From NCBI RefSeq assembly GCF_006345805.1, contig NC_043014.1, positions 28,272,001 through 28,336,000 of the forward strand: 64,000 nucleotides of DNA. The letters run 5' to 3'. Each line of letters opens with the position of its first letter. Position 1 is the first letter of the stretch. The translations under genes and the position numbers were made by a program. The DNA is from Octopus sinensis. Lineage: Eukaryota. Shown here one piece after another: positions 38,280 to 50,935 of the stretch. A model generated the notes under the pieces. The model saw nothing but the letters and a program-made list of their open reading frames with translations, was not told the DNA's origin and searched no databases.

Positions 38280-39065
38280 AGTCCTTAGACAGCCTTATCG
38301 AGAAGATCTGTGATCAAAGGCGTTCTGGTCGTGACTATCCCATCCATTCCATCATTTTTCTTGTGTGCAAGAAACCCAGTTTCACGTTATCCAACGTACT
38401 CTTTTTTCTAGAGAGTAAAGTGGGATTTGAGGGATATTTAGTTGCTATTTCTGCGTCCTTGTTGGTGTTTACCTCATGTATATGTGTGTGATATATTTGG
38501 GAGTGTACTACCCTACGTTGAATAAATATCCACAGTTAGTAACAGTGGAAGTGGTAGGGCAGTAGAGGAGGAAAGCGTGTCACATGAACGCCTACTCATT
38601 TAATAATCGGCTTCGAAAATAACGCTACTCTGTTGTTGTTTAACCCCAGGTCAGCCATGTTCAAGCAAACCTCGGATTAAGGCGTTCCTACCGTGACCAT
38701 CCTGTTTATTATTTAAACATAGTGTATCCAAGATTACATTATCTAATGTGATTTCCAGTTTAGAACGACATAATATAAATGAAAGGAGATTTAGCTGTTA
38801 GTTCTAGTAGTTGACCAGGATACGAACTTCCTCATTGGTTTGTCGAAATAATGTTGATGCTGGTGTGTAGCACCAGGTCAGCTGCTAACGAGCAAACGTA
38901 TAATCAAAGATATTTCATCCGTGACTGTCTTGTCTCTCTATTCGGACATAGTGCAATCTGACCTATAAATTTACAACGTATCCTTCACCTGTTTAAGACG
39001 GCGAAGTGAGATTTGAGGAAGGTTTGGCAGCTATTTCTAGTAGGTCCGGTGACCGCGCAGACGAT
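38280..39065 (+). repeat. Three diverged tandem copies of a ~190-bp dispersed repeat
   Basis: Each has (c)aggtcagcc...atcaaagg...cgtgaccatcc...gagatttagctg(c)tatttctag, at ~38280, ~38645 and ~38873. Confidence 0.7.
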
Positions 39066-39329
39066 CCCTTGGTGTTGTTTTCATTGGTGGAAAATAAAGA
39101 ACCCCTACCATTGCTTTTTCGTTCTCCTTCTCTCTCTGTGTCTTTGTAGGTGTGTGTGCGTGTGTGTTAAGAAAGGTGGAACATCATCATATAGAAGAAG
39201 ACTCTAAGCCAGACGACTACAGCAGCAGTCGCAATCGGCATCAGGCAACAAATCAGGTGCCTCCAAACGGAGAGAAAGGGAGGTCTCCAATGATTTAGGA
39301 GATTCCTGGGGAAACACTGGCTGACGCTT

Positions 39330-40010
39330 TGAATTGTGGGTGGCGTTAATACAGTAGTAGTAGTAGTGATGGCCGTGGTTTTTGTTTTATTTTTTTTTGT
39401 CTGCTGTTCCAGTGTAGCGGTCGTAGTGATGATGCAGTGTGGTGATATTGCTGTGGTGGTGGAGGCGACGGAGTTGTTGATGGTAGTTGTGATTGATCTG
39501 GTGGTAATAATGGTAGAGATATCGATGTGACCGTTGTTGTTCTTGTTGTTATTGTAGTTTGGTATTTTGTAGTGTGATGATGGTGTAGAGGTAATCTTTA
39601 TAATCTATTCTGTTAATCTTTTATTTGTTTCAGTCATTAGACTGCGGCTATGCTGGGGCATCAGACTGCGGAATTTTTAGTCGAACTAAATCGATCCCAG
39701 TATTTTTTCTATTTTTTTTTTTGAAGCTTGGCACTTATTCTATCGGTCTATTTTGCCGAACCGCTAAGTTACGGGAGACGTAAACGCAGCAACATCGGTT
39801 GTCAAGGTGGGTGATCAGGGACGCACACACATACACACACACACGCACACACACACGAAACGGGCTTCTTTCAGTTTCCGTCTACCAAATCCACTCACAA
39901 GGCTTTAGTCGGCCCGAGGCTTTAGTAGAAGACGCTTGCTCAAGGTGCCCCGCAGTGGGACTGAACCCAGGATCACGTATACATACTTGTTTTGCACATC
40001 TCTGCTTACT

Positions 40011-40057
<47 letters not shown>

Positions 40058-41480
40058 TACACATACATACACACGACGAGCTTCTTTTAGTTTCCGTCGA
40101 CCAAATCCACACTATCAAGGCGTTGGTCGGTCTGAAGCTATAGCAGAAGACACTTGTCCAAGGTGCCATGCAATGGGACTGAACCCGGATGATTTTGTGG
40201 TTTTACTAATAGTAGAATTATTGCTGATGTGGTGGTTGCAGTGGTGAAATGGTTGCGGTGGTAACACGATTGATATCGTGTAGATGTTGTAATTGGTTGT
40301 AATTTCCTAGTGGTTGTTATATCACTGTAGTGGTTGTTGCAACGGGATGATTTATTGTAGTGTCGGTGTAGCGGTGGTAATGGTGCTGGTGTCGTGATAA
40401 TGGGCTGTGTCGACAGTATTAGGGTTGAGATATGATTGGTTGTACTAAAGCAGCCGTTGTTGTTGTGGTGCTTGTAGTCAGGAGGAAGTGGTAATGGTGG
40501 TGAGATTTGATTGGTTAGTTTAATGTGTGGCTGCTACAGCAGCAAAAACAGCAACAGTGAGGGAGGGAGGGGGAAGGAGGGAGGGAGAGAGAAAGAGAGG
40601 GGTAGATGGAGATATAGATTGATAGGTAGAAAGAGATATGAAGGCAGTGATTGATAGATAGATATATAGAGAGATTGATATAAAGTAAGAGAGAAACAGA
40701 GATAGCTAGAGAGATATATGATAATAGAGAGAGGGATGGGGATGGAGATAGATAGATAGAGAAAGGGAGAGAGATATGGAGATAGATAGATAGAGATAGA
40801 GAGAGTGAGAGAGAGAGAGAGAGAGAAATGGTGATGCAGATAGATAGATATATAGATAACTAGATAGATAGAGATGGAGATACATAGATAGATAGAGAGA
40901 GAAAGAAAGAGAGATGAGATAGATAGATAGATAGATACAGAAAGAGAGGAGATAGATAGATAAATATATAGAGAGGGAGGGAGAGGAGAGAGAGTAAGTG
41001 AGTGAGAGAGAGAGAGAGAAACAACAGAGCAGTAGCAACAATTACCTGAAAAAAGAAAAAAGAAAAAAAAAGAGCAAGAGCTATTAGGACGAACGATGGT
41101 CGTTCGTCCGACTACCTGTCTGCATGCCATCGGATCTACTATTTGACCAGAGCTGACCTGCAGCTTATTACTCAGCCATTACTACCTTATAAAACATCCC
41201 CGCCGCCATCATCGCCACCACCAACACTAGTGGCTCCTCCTCCTCCCTCCCCTCCCCGCCCCTCCCCGCCCCTCACTCCCCACCCCTCCCCGCCCCTCAC
41301 TCCCCCTCCCCGCCCCTCACTCCCCTCCTTCTCTTCCTCCTCCCCCCTCCTCTTCCTCTTCCACTTCTTCCTCTTCCTCTTCCTCCTCCCCTCCTCCTGC
41401 TCCTCCTGCTCCTCCTGCTCCTCATTATCATCAACATATAGTTGTAGTAACAAGAGCTACAGCAACATTGCTATAACTAA
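39330..41480. repeat. Low-complexity block: GTN-rich, GA-rich (40540-41040) and CT-rich (41200-41430) tracts, with family B SINE pieces at 39625-40190
   Basis: Direct reading. Confidence 0.85.
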
Positions 41481-42079
41481 CCCCTGAAAAAGGAGCCAAT
41501 GAAGAAGACACCGTGTTGTGGCTCGATAGGTTAGAAATAACAGAAAAATTCCCTCAAAGTAACATACTATCTTAAAAACAAACGAAGGACACCTTACGTA
41601 ATATAGTCACACACAGACATATATATACATATAAACACATACACATACAAGGATCCCTCTCATTAGGAGAGCACTTCGTTCCGAGAAGCTTATCGTAACG
41701 CGAAATCCTGCGGAATTAATTTTCCTATTGAGCCTCATGTTATGAGATGATAATACGTTCCGATGATTTTTTCCAAAAGAGCAGGAAGCAACACGACCAC
41801 TTTTACGCATGGAAATAACTATTTCTAAATATACATATGCATGAAAAACCTTTGAGAAGAAACACATCGGGGAAGAAATAAGAATCGTAATATCGTAGTA
41901 GCGTAGGTTGTTACCACAAAGAATGTCAACTACTGTGTGAGGGACAGTGGTGGTCATGGCTGGTTTTAAGTCAATTCGATAGATTTGCTCAAATTGGGTC
42001 CCGCGCTAAGAGAGGGCCCCGCGTACATGCTCGAGCAGAGGCCGCTACGATGAATTAAATATTTCTTAATGTTTTTATT

Positions 42080-42320
42080 GTTTCGAGGATTTATTCAACA
42101 ATACCCCTAACGGTCGTATCAGGTGAAAGAAGTTTTTTTCAAAGCTAAAACTGATTAAAACATACTTACGCTTAACAATTTCACAAGAGAGACATAATCT
42201 GACGATGCTATCTATAGAAAATGACATTGCAAAAATGATTGACATTGAAATGACTTTGAAAGACTTCTCAGATAAAATAGACCAGAAAATGTCTGCTTTC
42301 ATATGAGCTTTCAATTTTCG
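42080..42320 (+). mobile_element. hAT transposase C-terminal dimerisation domain remnant
   Basis: IPLTVVSGERSF(S)KLKLIKTYLRLTISQERHNLTMLSIENDIAKMIDIEMTLKDFS. Confidence 0.85.
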
Positions 42321-42599
42321 GTATATCATTGTGGCTAATGGTGGAGCCTGAAGCCATCAACGCTTTTTGGCAGGGATCGGTGTACTATACGAAGTATAAA
42401 ACATCGGTCATTCAGTTTTTGTAGAGTAGAGGGTCCTACTGACTATTCTCCAATAGGGTCCTGCACTTCCAATCCCCGTCCTGCTGCTGGTGATGGTGGT
42501 GGAATAAGAGTTACTGGGAATGTGATGAACTCTATCTTCTTTCTGTCTTATAGTTCAATATCACCACCATCTACTTGTAAGACGAAGAGCTTATCCATA

Positions 42600-43200
42600 A
42601 TTATCGCGTGCATCCCATGAATTATAAACAAAAATTGTTTGATGTTTATGGTACGTTATCCGTTCATACACTTTATTGAAGGAACTGAACTTATTGTAAA
42701 CTCCTAATTTACATGTTACTTTCATGATTAGGACTGTTATCGCGCCACGAAAACTTGCAGGTCTTCCCCTACATGTGCCAATTCTTGAGTAATATTCTTT
42801 GGCGAACTTCTCAGCTGTATTCTCGGCTTGCCCTTGTTCTAACAACATCGGCCCTTTGTTAGATAAACATTCTCTATGGGACACTAGCAACTCAGTAAGA
42901 TCATCCTCTACTATTTATTAAAATCCTGCATCATTTGCAAGTGTCGCAATATCTTCTCGAATTTAATGTAGACTTTCTGCAACTGGGAAACTAATAAAGT
43001 CATGGTTTCAGTCTCGCCATATATTTTCCAAGGACCTTTCAAAGTTGAGTGTTTCATTTCATTCTAGGACCTAGCTATGCTATCCACAGCATCCATTATG
43101 TGGAACTTCGTCCAGAAGTTCGTAACAGTAGGTTAATGATCCCTGTCAATTGCTTTCATAAGTTATTTGAAAGTACTTCTAATATAATATGCCTTAAAGA
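42600..43200 (-). mobile_element. Tigger/pogo transposase C-terminal remnant
   Basis: Minus frames VTNFWTKFHIMDAVDSIA...KHSTLKGPWKI...DDLTELLVSHRECLSNKGPMLLEQ. Confidence 0.7.
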
Positions 43201-44102
43201 TAATTATCAAACATTGATAAATTAAACCTTTCGAAGGAGACTTTACTTGTCAGGAAAATGTCTTTCATTATTTTCATCTTTTTACTGCAAATCACCATAC
43301 AAACTCATGCTTTTCTTTTTCGTAATTACCATCATGCTCATCGGTACATCACTTCGAGTGTGATCCTCGATCAACACACCCAAGAGCCGTTCCGTTTTAA
43401 GCATCTCGTTATTTCTATGAAAAAGTAAGGCCCTGACATGACACGAGATTAAACAACAGGAACAATAGCAGTAATAAGGACAACAGCAAAAAAGAAAAAA
43501 AAACAACAAAAATCCTCCCAGAACAAACAACTCCCACAAAAAACAACAGATTTGTGGTTGGCGCCTGGTCGTTCGTTCAGCTACCTGCATGCCATCGTGC
43601 AGCTGCTTGACCACAGGTGACTTGGAACTGTACAACCCCCACCATCTTATCATCATCCTCATCATCATTCTTCTCCTCATCCTCATCAATATCATCATCA
43701 TTGCCATCATTACCAACATTATCTTCGTCATTGTCATCACATTAGAATCGTTATAATTATCTTTACTTACGTTATACTCCCGCAATTAATGATTTTAACA
43801 AGTACAATACCACAGATTTATGAGGTAAAATGAAGATAAAGCTGACTGGGGATCAGGCATGGCTGAATGGTTTAGAATCGCTGTCTTTACTTCTTCAGTC
43901 AGATCCCGTTGCTCAGCTCCACCAATACGCGAGTACGTTCTACAAAAGTCAAGGTTTGCCGCAAAACCTTGTGAATGAAATTGGGTAGGCCGTAATTCTG
44001 CATAAGAATGGTGTAATAAGCTTATGGTGTAATCTCACACTGATTCTGTCTGAGGATTATGTGAATTGCGTAAGAGATTGTATTACCATATACAACCGTA
44101 AG

Positions 44103-44690
44103 ACGGCGAGTTGGCAGAATCGTTAGCACACCAGGTAAAATGCTATGCGGCATTTCGTCCAGTTCAAATTCCGCCGAGGTCGACTTTGCCTTTCATCCTT
44201 TCGAGGTTGATAAAATAAGTACCAGTTGAGCACTGGGATGGATGTAACCTTTAGCAGAACCTTTAGCACGCCGAGCAAAATGCTTAGCAGCATTTCATTC
44301 GTCTTTACGTTCTGAGTTCAAATTCCGACGAGGTTGATTTTGCCTTTCATCCTTTCAGGGCTAATAAAATAAGTACCAGTTGCGTACTGGGTCGATGTAA
44401 TGGATTTAACCTCTCCCTCGAACTTGCTGGCTTTGTGCCAAAATTTGAAACCATTACTATGTATAACCAGAAGGTGGCGAGCGGGCAGACTCGTAGCAGA
44501 CCGAACAAAATGCTTAGCGGCATTTCGTCTGTCTTTACATTCTGTGTTCGAACGTTGCCATGGTCGACTTTGCCTTTCATCCTGTTGGAGTCGATAAAAT
44601 AGGCACCCATTGAGGATTGAGGTCGATGTTATTGATTACCTCCCTCCCTAGAATTTCAGGCTTTGTACCTATAGCAGAAGGATTACTATA
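44103..44690 (+). mobile_element. Cluster of three head-to-tail decayed family A SINEs
   Basis: Repeated ggcgag.tggcag / ttagc...gtcgactttgcctttcatcc...taagtaccag blocks at ~44103, ~44255 and ~44475. Confidence 0.85.
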
Positions 44691-44971
44691 TACAACTATT
44701 TATAACTCAACTATTTATGACTCAATGTTCCATTGGATGAACAACTGGAATACTTATCAACGAAGCCGGAATCGTTAGAGAGGCAGACAAAATGTCCTGC
44801 AGCATTTATTGTTATTCTTTATGTAGAGATTTCAAATCACACCGTAGTCAGCTCTGAATTTTATCTCTTCAGAATCGCTAAAATAAAGTATCCGTCAAGC
44901 ACCTGGGAAAATTTGATAAGCTAAAAACACAAAAAATAAAACAAAATAGAAAAAAGCACTTGTATCTGTAT

Positions 44972-45541
44972 TATTGGGTTGTCCGGAAAGTTCGTGCCGA
45001 TTAATAATAGCTTAACTTTCGACTTATTTTAGAACATGGTTGAGTCCATAAAATAGGATTTGACTACACCTCCATTTAGAGCACAGTTTAAGCTATCTTT
45101 TCGTGGAAGAAGGTTTATGTTCCTATAACCTGTGTTAATTCTCTAACCCTTTAAAATGGATGATAAGAAAGTTCATTTTCGGCACTTGATGCTTTGGGAA
45201 CCAGACAAAAATTGCTGCAGCTCGGCTGGGATGTGTTACCCCACCCTCCATATTCACCAGATATTGCTCCTTCAGATTTCCACTAATTCAGGTCTCTGCA
45301 GAATAGTCTTAATGGTAAAAATTTCAATTCTTTGGATGACGTAAAAAGATACCTTGATGAATTCTTTGCCATAAAACCACCTCAATTCTGGGAAGAGGGT
45401 ATTTTCAAGTTAAAGGAAAGATGGAGACGCATTGTACAACAAAATGGTTCATATTTGGTTGATTAAAAATGTAACGGCAAGTATTTATTGACCTTTTTCT
45501 TTCCTTTAAAAATCGGTACGAACTTTCCGGACAACCTAATA
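44972..45541 (+). mobile_element. Internally deleted mariner with intact TIRs
   Basis: tattgggttgtccggaaagttcgtgccgattt / aaaatcggtacgaactttccggacaacctaata; interior LPHPPYSPDIAPSDFH...FFAIKPPQFWEEGIFKLKERWRRIVQQNGSY. Confidence 0.92.
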
Positions 45542-45574
45542 GAAATAATTGGTGGTGGTTAGGTAGAAACGTTC

Positions 45575-45770
45575 GAGCATCGGACAATTTCAGGGAAGGG
45601 AATAAATTGATTACGTTGACCCCAATGCGCAACTGGTACTTATTTTATAGACACCCCGAAAGGATAAAAGGCAAAGTTGACTACGGCTGAATTTGAACTC
45701 AGAATGCAAAGACGGACGAAATGTTGCTAAGTATTTTGTCAGGCGCGGTAACGATTCTGCCAGCTCACTG
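45575..45770 (-). mobile_element. SINE family A
   Basis: ccccgaaaggataaaaggcaaagttgactacggctgaatttgaactcagaa. Confidence 0.85.
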
Positions 45771-45973
45771 CACTACAAAGCATAATGATAATAGTAATAA
45801 TAATAACTCCCTACCGAGGTAATAGTTGGCATTCACTGTATTCACCACCGAAAAATGAAAGCCAATGTCAGCATTAGCAAATTGGAACGCAAAGCGATGA
45901 GTCCGATGTGATATTGCTTCTATCATACCATCGTTCTTCTAAAGTGATTTTTTAGACTGGAATGAATGTCACA

Positions 45974-47670
45974 TACAAGGTGGTAGCAAACCATCCCCGG
46001 ACTAGTTCTGTAGCACGCCAACAAATGGCAGTACATGGTTGTGTGCGCAGTGACCTTCATGAGGCAGCGTGTCGAGTGACGTCGCCGTGTTTACTTCGCA
46101 AGTCGTGAAATTTATATTTTTGTGATCACGTGCATTCTGTAGTGTATGATTTTATTGCCGTACGCAATGTTTCGAATGGCATGGGCGCTTCAAAAGCGGA
46201 AGAACGTCCCTAGAAGATGATGAGCGATCTCGAATACCCACCACGAACGTCACCCCCGGAAGTGTGGAAAAAAATTCATCATGTTGTGCATGAGAATCGT
46301 CGGAAAGTCAACGACATTGCTGATGATGTTGGTCTGTCGTATGGGTCCGTGCAAGCAATCTTAACGTCTGTATTGAACATGTGGCTTGTCTCTGCTCAGT
46401 TTGTCCCCTGTATGCTGACCACGGAGCAGAAACAACATCGCATTAAGGCGGCGATCTGGCAGAAATGCTTAGCGGTATTTCGCCTGCCGTTACGTTGAGT
46501 TCAAATTTCGCCGAGGACGACTTTGCCTTTCATCCTTTCGGGGTCGATTAAATAAGTACCAGTTACGCACTGGGGTCGATGTAATCGACTTAATCCGTTT
46601 GTCTGTCCTTGTTTTTCCCCTCAGTGTTTGACCCCTTGCTGGTAGTAAAGAAATAGGTATTTCCTCTGCCGTTACGTTCTGAGTTCAAATTCCGCCGAGG
46701 TTGACTTTGCCTTTTATTCTTTCGGGGTCGATAAATTAAGTACCAGTTACACACTGGGGTCGATGTAATCGACTTAATCCGTTTGTCTGTCCTTGTTTGT
46801 CCTCTCTGTGTTTAGCCCCTTGTGGGTAGTAAAGAAATAGGTATTTCCTCTGCCGTTACGTTCTGAGTTCAAATACCACCGAGGTTGACTTTGCCTTTCA
46901 ACTTTTAGGGGTCGATAAATTAAGTACCAGTTACGCACTGGGGTTGATGTAATCGACTTAATCCGTCTGTCTGTCCTTTTTTGTCCCCTCTGTGTTTAGC
47001 CCCTTGTGGGCAATAAAGAAATAAGAAACAACGTCGCATCGAAGTCTGTCAAGGGATCCGTCAGCATGCCACTGGTGACCTATCCTTCATGTTGAGGATC
47101 ATCACCAGTGAGGAGAGTTGGGTCTACTTGTACGACTCTGAGACGAAGCAACAGTCATCAAGAATGGAAGAGCCGTTCATCTCCACGACTGAATAGAGCA
47201 CGATAGACCCGCAACTCAATCAAGAGCATGCTCATCGTTTTTTACGATGTGCATCGAGAATTTGTTCCCCTGAGCCAGACTATCAATCGAGAGTTCTTCT
47301 GCGACTGGTTCTGTGGAGTGCGAAGAATTGGATTCTTGACGATGACAATGCACACTGTCATCGAGCTCTCTTCACTCGTGAGTTTCTCGCGCAAAACAAC
47401 ATGGTATTGTTTCCTCACCTGCCCTATTCACCAGATTTAGCACCTGCGGACTTCCATCTCTTTCCCAAGATGAAAATGCAGCTCAAGACCGCCATTTTAA
47501 CACCGTTGTCAAGATCAAGAAGGATTAGCAGAGAGTCCTCGACTCGCTTACGAAAACAACTTCCAAACCCGATCCCAAAAGTAGCAGGAATGCTGGGACC
47601 GGTGTATTGCTGCGAAATACTATTTCGAAGGAGATGATGTTAAAATGTAAATAAGTTATTTTTTATTAAA
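45974..47670 (+). mobile_element. Degraded mariner transposon containing a SINE triplet
   Basis: VHENRRKVNDIADDVGLSYGSVQAILTSVLNMWLVSAQFVPCMLTTEQKQHR; LIVFYD; PHLPYSPDLAPADFHLFPKMKMQLK. Confidence 0.9.
46447..47023 (+). mobile_element. Family A SINE with two extra ~183-bp tandem units, flanked by one 16-bp TSD
   Basis: TSD agaaacaacRtcgcat at 46428-46443 and 47024-47039. Confidence 0.9.
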
Positions 47671-47676
47671 CAAGTG

Positions 47677-47900
47677 AAGGCGCATGGCTCAGTGGTTAGA
47701 GCGTCGAGCTTACGATTGTGAGGTTGTGAGTTGTGTTCTTGAGCAAGACACTTTATTTCACGTTGCTCCAGTTCACTCAGCTGTAGAAATGAGTTGCGAC
47801 ATCACTGGTGCCAAGCAATATTGGCCTTTGCCTTTGCCTTGGATAACATCGGTGGCGTGGAAAGGGGAGGCTGGTATGCCTGGGCGACTGTTGGTATTCC
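47677..47900 (+). mobile_element. tRNA-derived CORE-like SINE (family C)
   Basis: ggcgcatggctcagtggttagagcgtcg...ttcttgagcaagacactttatttcacgttgctccagttcactcagctgtagaaatgag (resembles the MIR CORE); - copy at 60500-60905. Confidence 0.85.
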
Positions 47901-47926
47901 ACAAACGACCTTTGGCGTTTCTACTT

Positions 47927-47980
47927 TTTGAACCAGTTTGCTGCATTAATTTCAGTACTGATATCAAGACGGATACATTT

Positions 47981-48030
<50 letters not shown>

Positions 48031-48080
48031 AAATGTATCCGTCTTGATATCAGTACTGAAATTAATGCACCAAACTGGTT

Positions 48081-48084
<4 letters not shown>
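47927..48084. repeat. 158-bp near-perfect palindrome centred on (TA)22
   Basis: 57-bp unique arms with one mismatch; (TA)n centre. Confidence 0.95.
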
Positions 48085-48166
<82 letters not shown>

Positions 48167-48499
48167 ATATTGAACACCAAGAAGAGAATGGAGATTTGTT
48201 CACATCCAAAACTTTTTCATTAGAAAGTTTTTACAGCATATATAATAATGACTAACATATGTTTCTACTGCAGCGACTGCACATCGCTCTGTATGCAATT
48301 ATGCATCCTAGTCGCTGCAATTTCATAAAGGGTCCATCACTTACGGCGTTTTCAGAGTGAACTAATTCAAACAAGCAAGCTTCCTGCGTTGGTATTCAGT
48401 TGATAGCGTTACTTTTTGAATCGAATTGAATTCTCGTCTTATAATCACCTTTCCTGTTATTATAGTTAAATCGTGGTTCTAAAACGTTAATGTATTTTA

Positions 48500-48890
48500 C
48501 AGTTAATTGTATCAGCTTTGTTTCCATTTTACTGTATGGAGTACATTATCTATTCAGAGTTATCGAATGCCTTGCTTAAATCAACAAAACAATGGTTTGG
48601 GGCAAGATTCTGTTCAATGCACTTTTTTGCGCTCAAATCTCATTTGCAGGCCCATGAAAAACGAACATCCACCAACTACTTTACTATATATCTGTGCACA
48701 TCCTTGGATGCCGTGTATGCCATTAGGTCAGCAAATCTAACGGATGCCTCAAAAGACATTTTAAGATTGACAAAGATCAGAACTTAACTGCAGCTCCCAG
48801 TGATCCAAATCAGACATGCAATCTATGTGTGTGTCTTTTCAATACATTGTCTGGTTTAAAAAGCCATATGGAACGCCATAATGGCGCAGT
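48500..48890 (+). pseudogene. Degraded C2H2 zinc-finger coding remnant (probably LINE C-terminus)
   Basis: FCSMHFFALKSHLQAHEKR; CRVCH*VSKSNGCLKRHFK; CNLCVCLFNTLSGLKSHMERH; contains a stop and frameshifts. Confidence 0.6.
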
Positions 48891-49159
48891 TCAATGACTG
48901 ACACAAGTAAAAATTAAAAAGTGTATATATATATATATACACATACATATATAAGGAAAATGGACAGAAATTTTATGTTAGGCAATATATATATATATTT
49001 ATGAAATATGTTTACATTGTCGACTGATTTCGCTTATGCTAATCATGTTTAGGTTGTAGAGAGTAGTAAGTAGATTAATATTAAGGAGACCCTGCTTTAG
49101 AAGTGACTCAATTTGAATCTGTTAAATGCACTTTAATTCTTTTACTTTTATCATAGTTT

Positions 49160-49590
49160 ATTGTACCTGGTTGTGTATTAAGAACTTTACTTCCAAACCA
49201 TATGGTTCTGGTTTCAATCTCACTGTGTGACATCTTGAGTAAGTATCTTCTACTATAGCCCCGGGTCGACCAAAGCCTTGTGAGTACATTTGGCAGATAG
49301 AAATTGAAAGAAATCCGTCGTACACACACACTTATGTATGTATTTTATACACACACGCCACACAGGCATATTCTTCTCTCTCTCTCTGTGTGTGTGTGTG
49401 TACGGTTGTCCCCATTGACAACCAGTCCTGGTTTGTTTACATCCCAGTAACTTAGCAATTTCGTATAAGAGACCGATAGAATAAGTAACAGTATTAAAAA
49501 AGGAATACCGAAATCGATTCATTCGACCAAATCTCTACAACTCGGTGCCTCAGTATCTGTAGTTCAATGACAGAAGCAAGTAAAAGGGAG
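49160..49590 (+). mobile_element. SINE family B (diverged)
   Basis: ccaaaccatatggttctgg...ctactatagccccgggtcgaccaaagccttgtgag...gcagttcaatgacagaagcaagtaaaa. Confidence 0.85.
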
Positions 49591-49775
49591 AAAGATATAT
49601 ATATATATTTAGACTATCACCAGAAAACCAGAAAATCCAGAAATCCGATGCAAACTCATTTTGCAAGATTCTTGTACACATAACTTATCAAGATCTGAAG
49701 CAAAGATATTGCTTCTAGTCCACGGGTTTTAGAGTACATATCTATTTCTTTCATGCAAAATTATACATGGGTGCC

Positions 49776-49930
49776 TACGTTCTGAGTTCAAATTCCGCCG
49801 AGGTTGACTTTGCCTTTAATGTTTTCGGGGTCGATAAATTAAGTACCAGTTGCGTACTGAGGTCGATCTAATCAACTGGCCCCACCTCCTCCAAAATTTC
49901 GGGCCTTGTGCCTAGAGTTGAAAAGAATTA
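49776..49930 (+). mobile_element. SINE family A (5'-truncated)
   Basis: acgttctgagttcaaattccgccgaggttgactttgcc...gggtcgataaattaagtaccag. Confidence 0.85.
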
Positions 49931-49981
49931 TACATGGGCGCATGTATGTGCGTGTGTACTGGTGTGCACGTGAGTATGTGA

Positions 49982-50024
<43 letters not shown>

Positions 50025-50379
50025 TGTGTGTGTGTGAGTGTGTGTGTGCGCGCGCGTGTGTCCGTACATGTATATTGAACTCGTGGCGTCGCATTTAAGA
50101 ATTTCGTTGATCGTATCGACTCCAGTATACATTCAGTCTGCTGCTTATTTTAATGACGTCTGAAGGACTCCACACACACACTTCTACGCACAGACGTTCG
50201 CACACATATGCACACGCGTCTAACCGTGCGCACATACACGGTCACAGACGTCTCACGGGTTCCTACCAACCCACAAAATATTGGTCAACCCGGAAATGTA
50301 CCCAGAACGGCGTTGTTGCGAAGCAAACTTTTTAACCTTAGACATAAGGCCACACACACATGCATGTATGTGTATCTAC

Positions 50380-50542
50380 GTGTATATGTATGCATGCATA
50401 CGCACCTTTCCATATATATATCTATCAATGTATATATGCATGCATGGATATATGCATGAATGTATGTATATGAGTATACACACACACACACACACGTATA
50501 TATAAATAGAAAGATATACATTAAAATTTATACACGTGTGTT

Positions 50543-50582
<40 letters not shown>

Positions 50583-50814
50583 TATATAAACATACAAGCA
50601 CGTCCACATATCACACATATCTATACCTCCACATGCACGTATTTATACATATTTATGTAATATATATCTATATTCATTAACGTATACATATATATATATC
50701 GATGTATATGTGTCTGCGTGTATGTAAGCATATATATATATGTATGTATATATGTATTCATATATATATATATATATGTGTACATATATATATATACATA
50801 CATACTTACAAAAG

Positions 50815-50909
<95 letters not shown>

Positions 50910-50935
50910 CACTATATACATGCATATGCGTGTGC
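50380..50935. repeat. Compound TA/CA/TG low-complexity tract
   Basis: Direct reading. Confidence 0.95.

Noticed and set aside
41607-41957. 116-aa minus ORF with a hydrophobic stretch, superficially GPCR-like
   Set aside because: No diagnostic GPCR motif or splice support; lies among TE remnants.
39336-43785. Val-rich, Ser/Leu-rich, Pro-rich and Met-rich ORFs
   Set aside because: Translations of trinucleotide and purine/pyrimidine low-complexity tracts.
47684-47760. tRNA-like sequences here and at 109-180, 9095-9160 and 60840-60905
   Set aside because: They are SINE heads: no complete cloverleaf, and they continue into SINE bodies.
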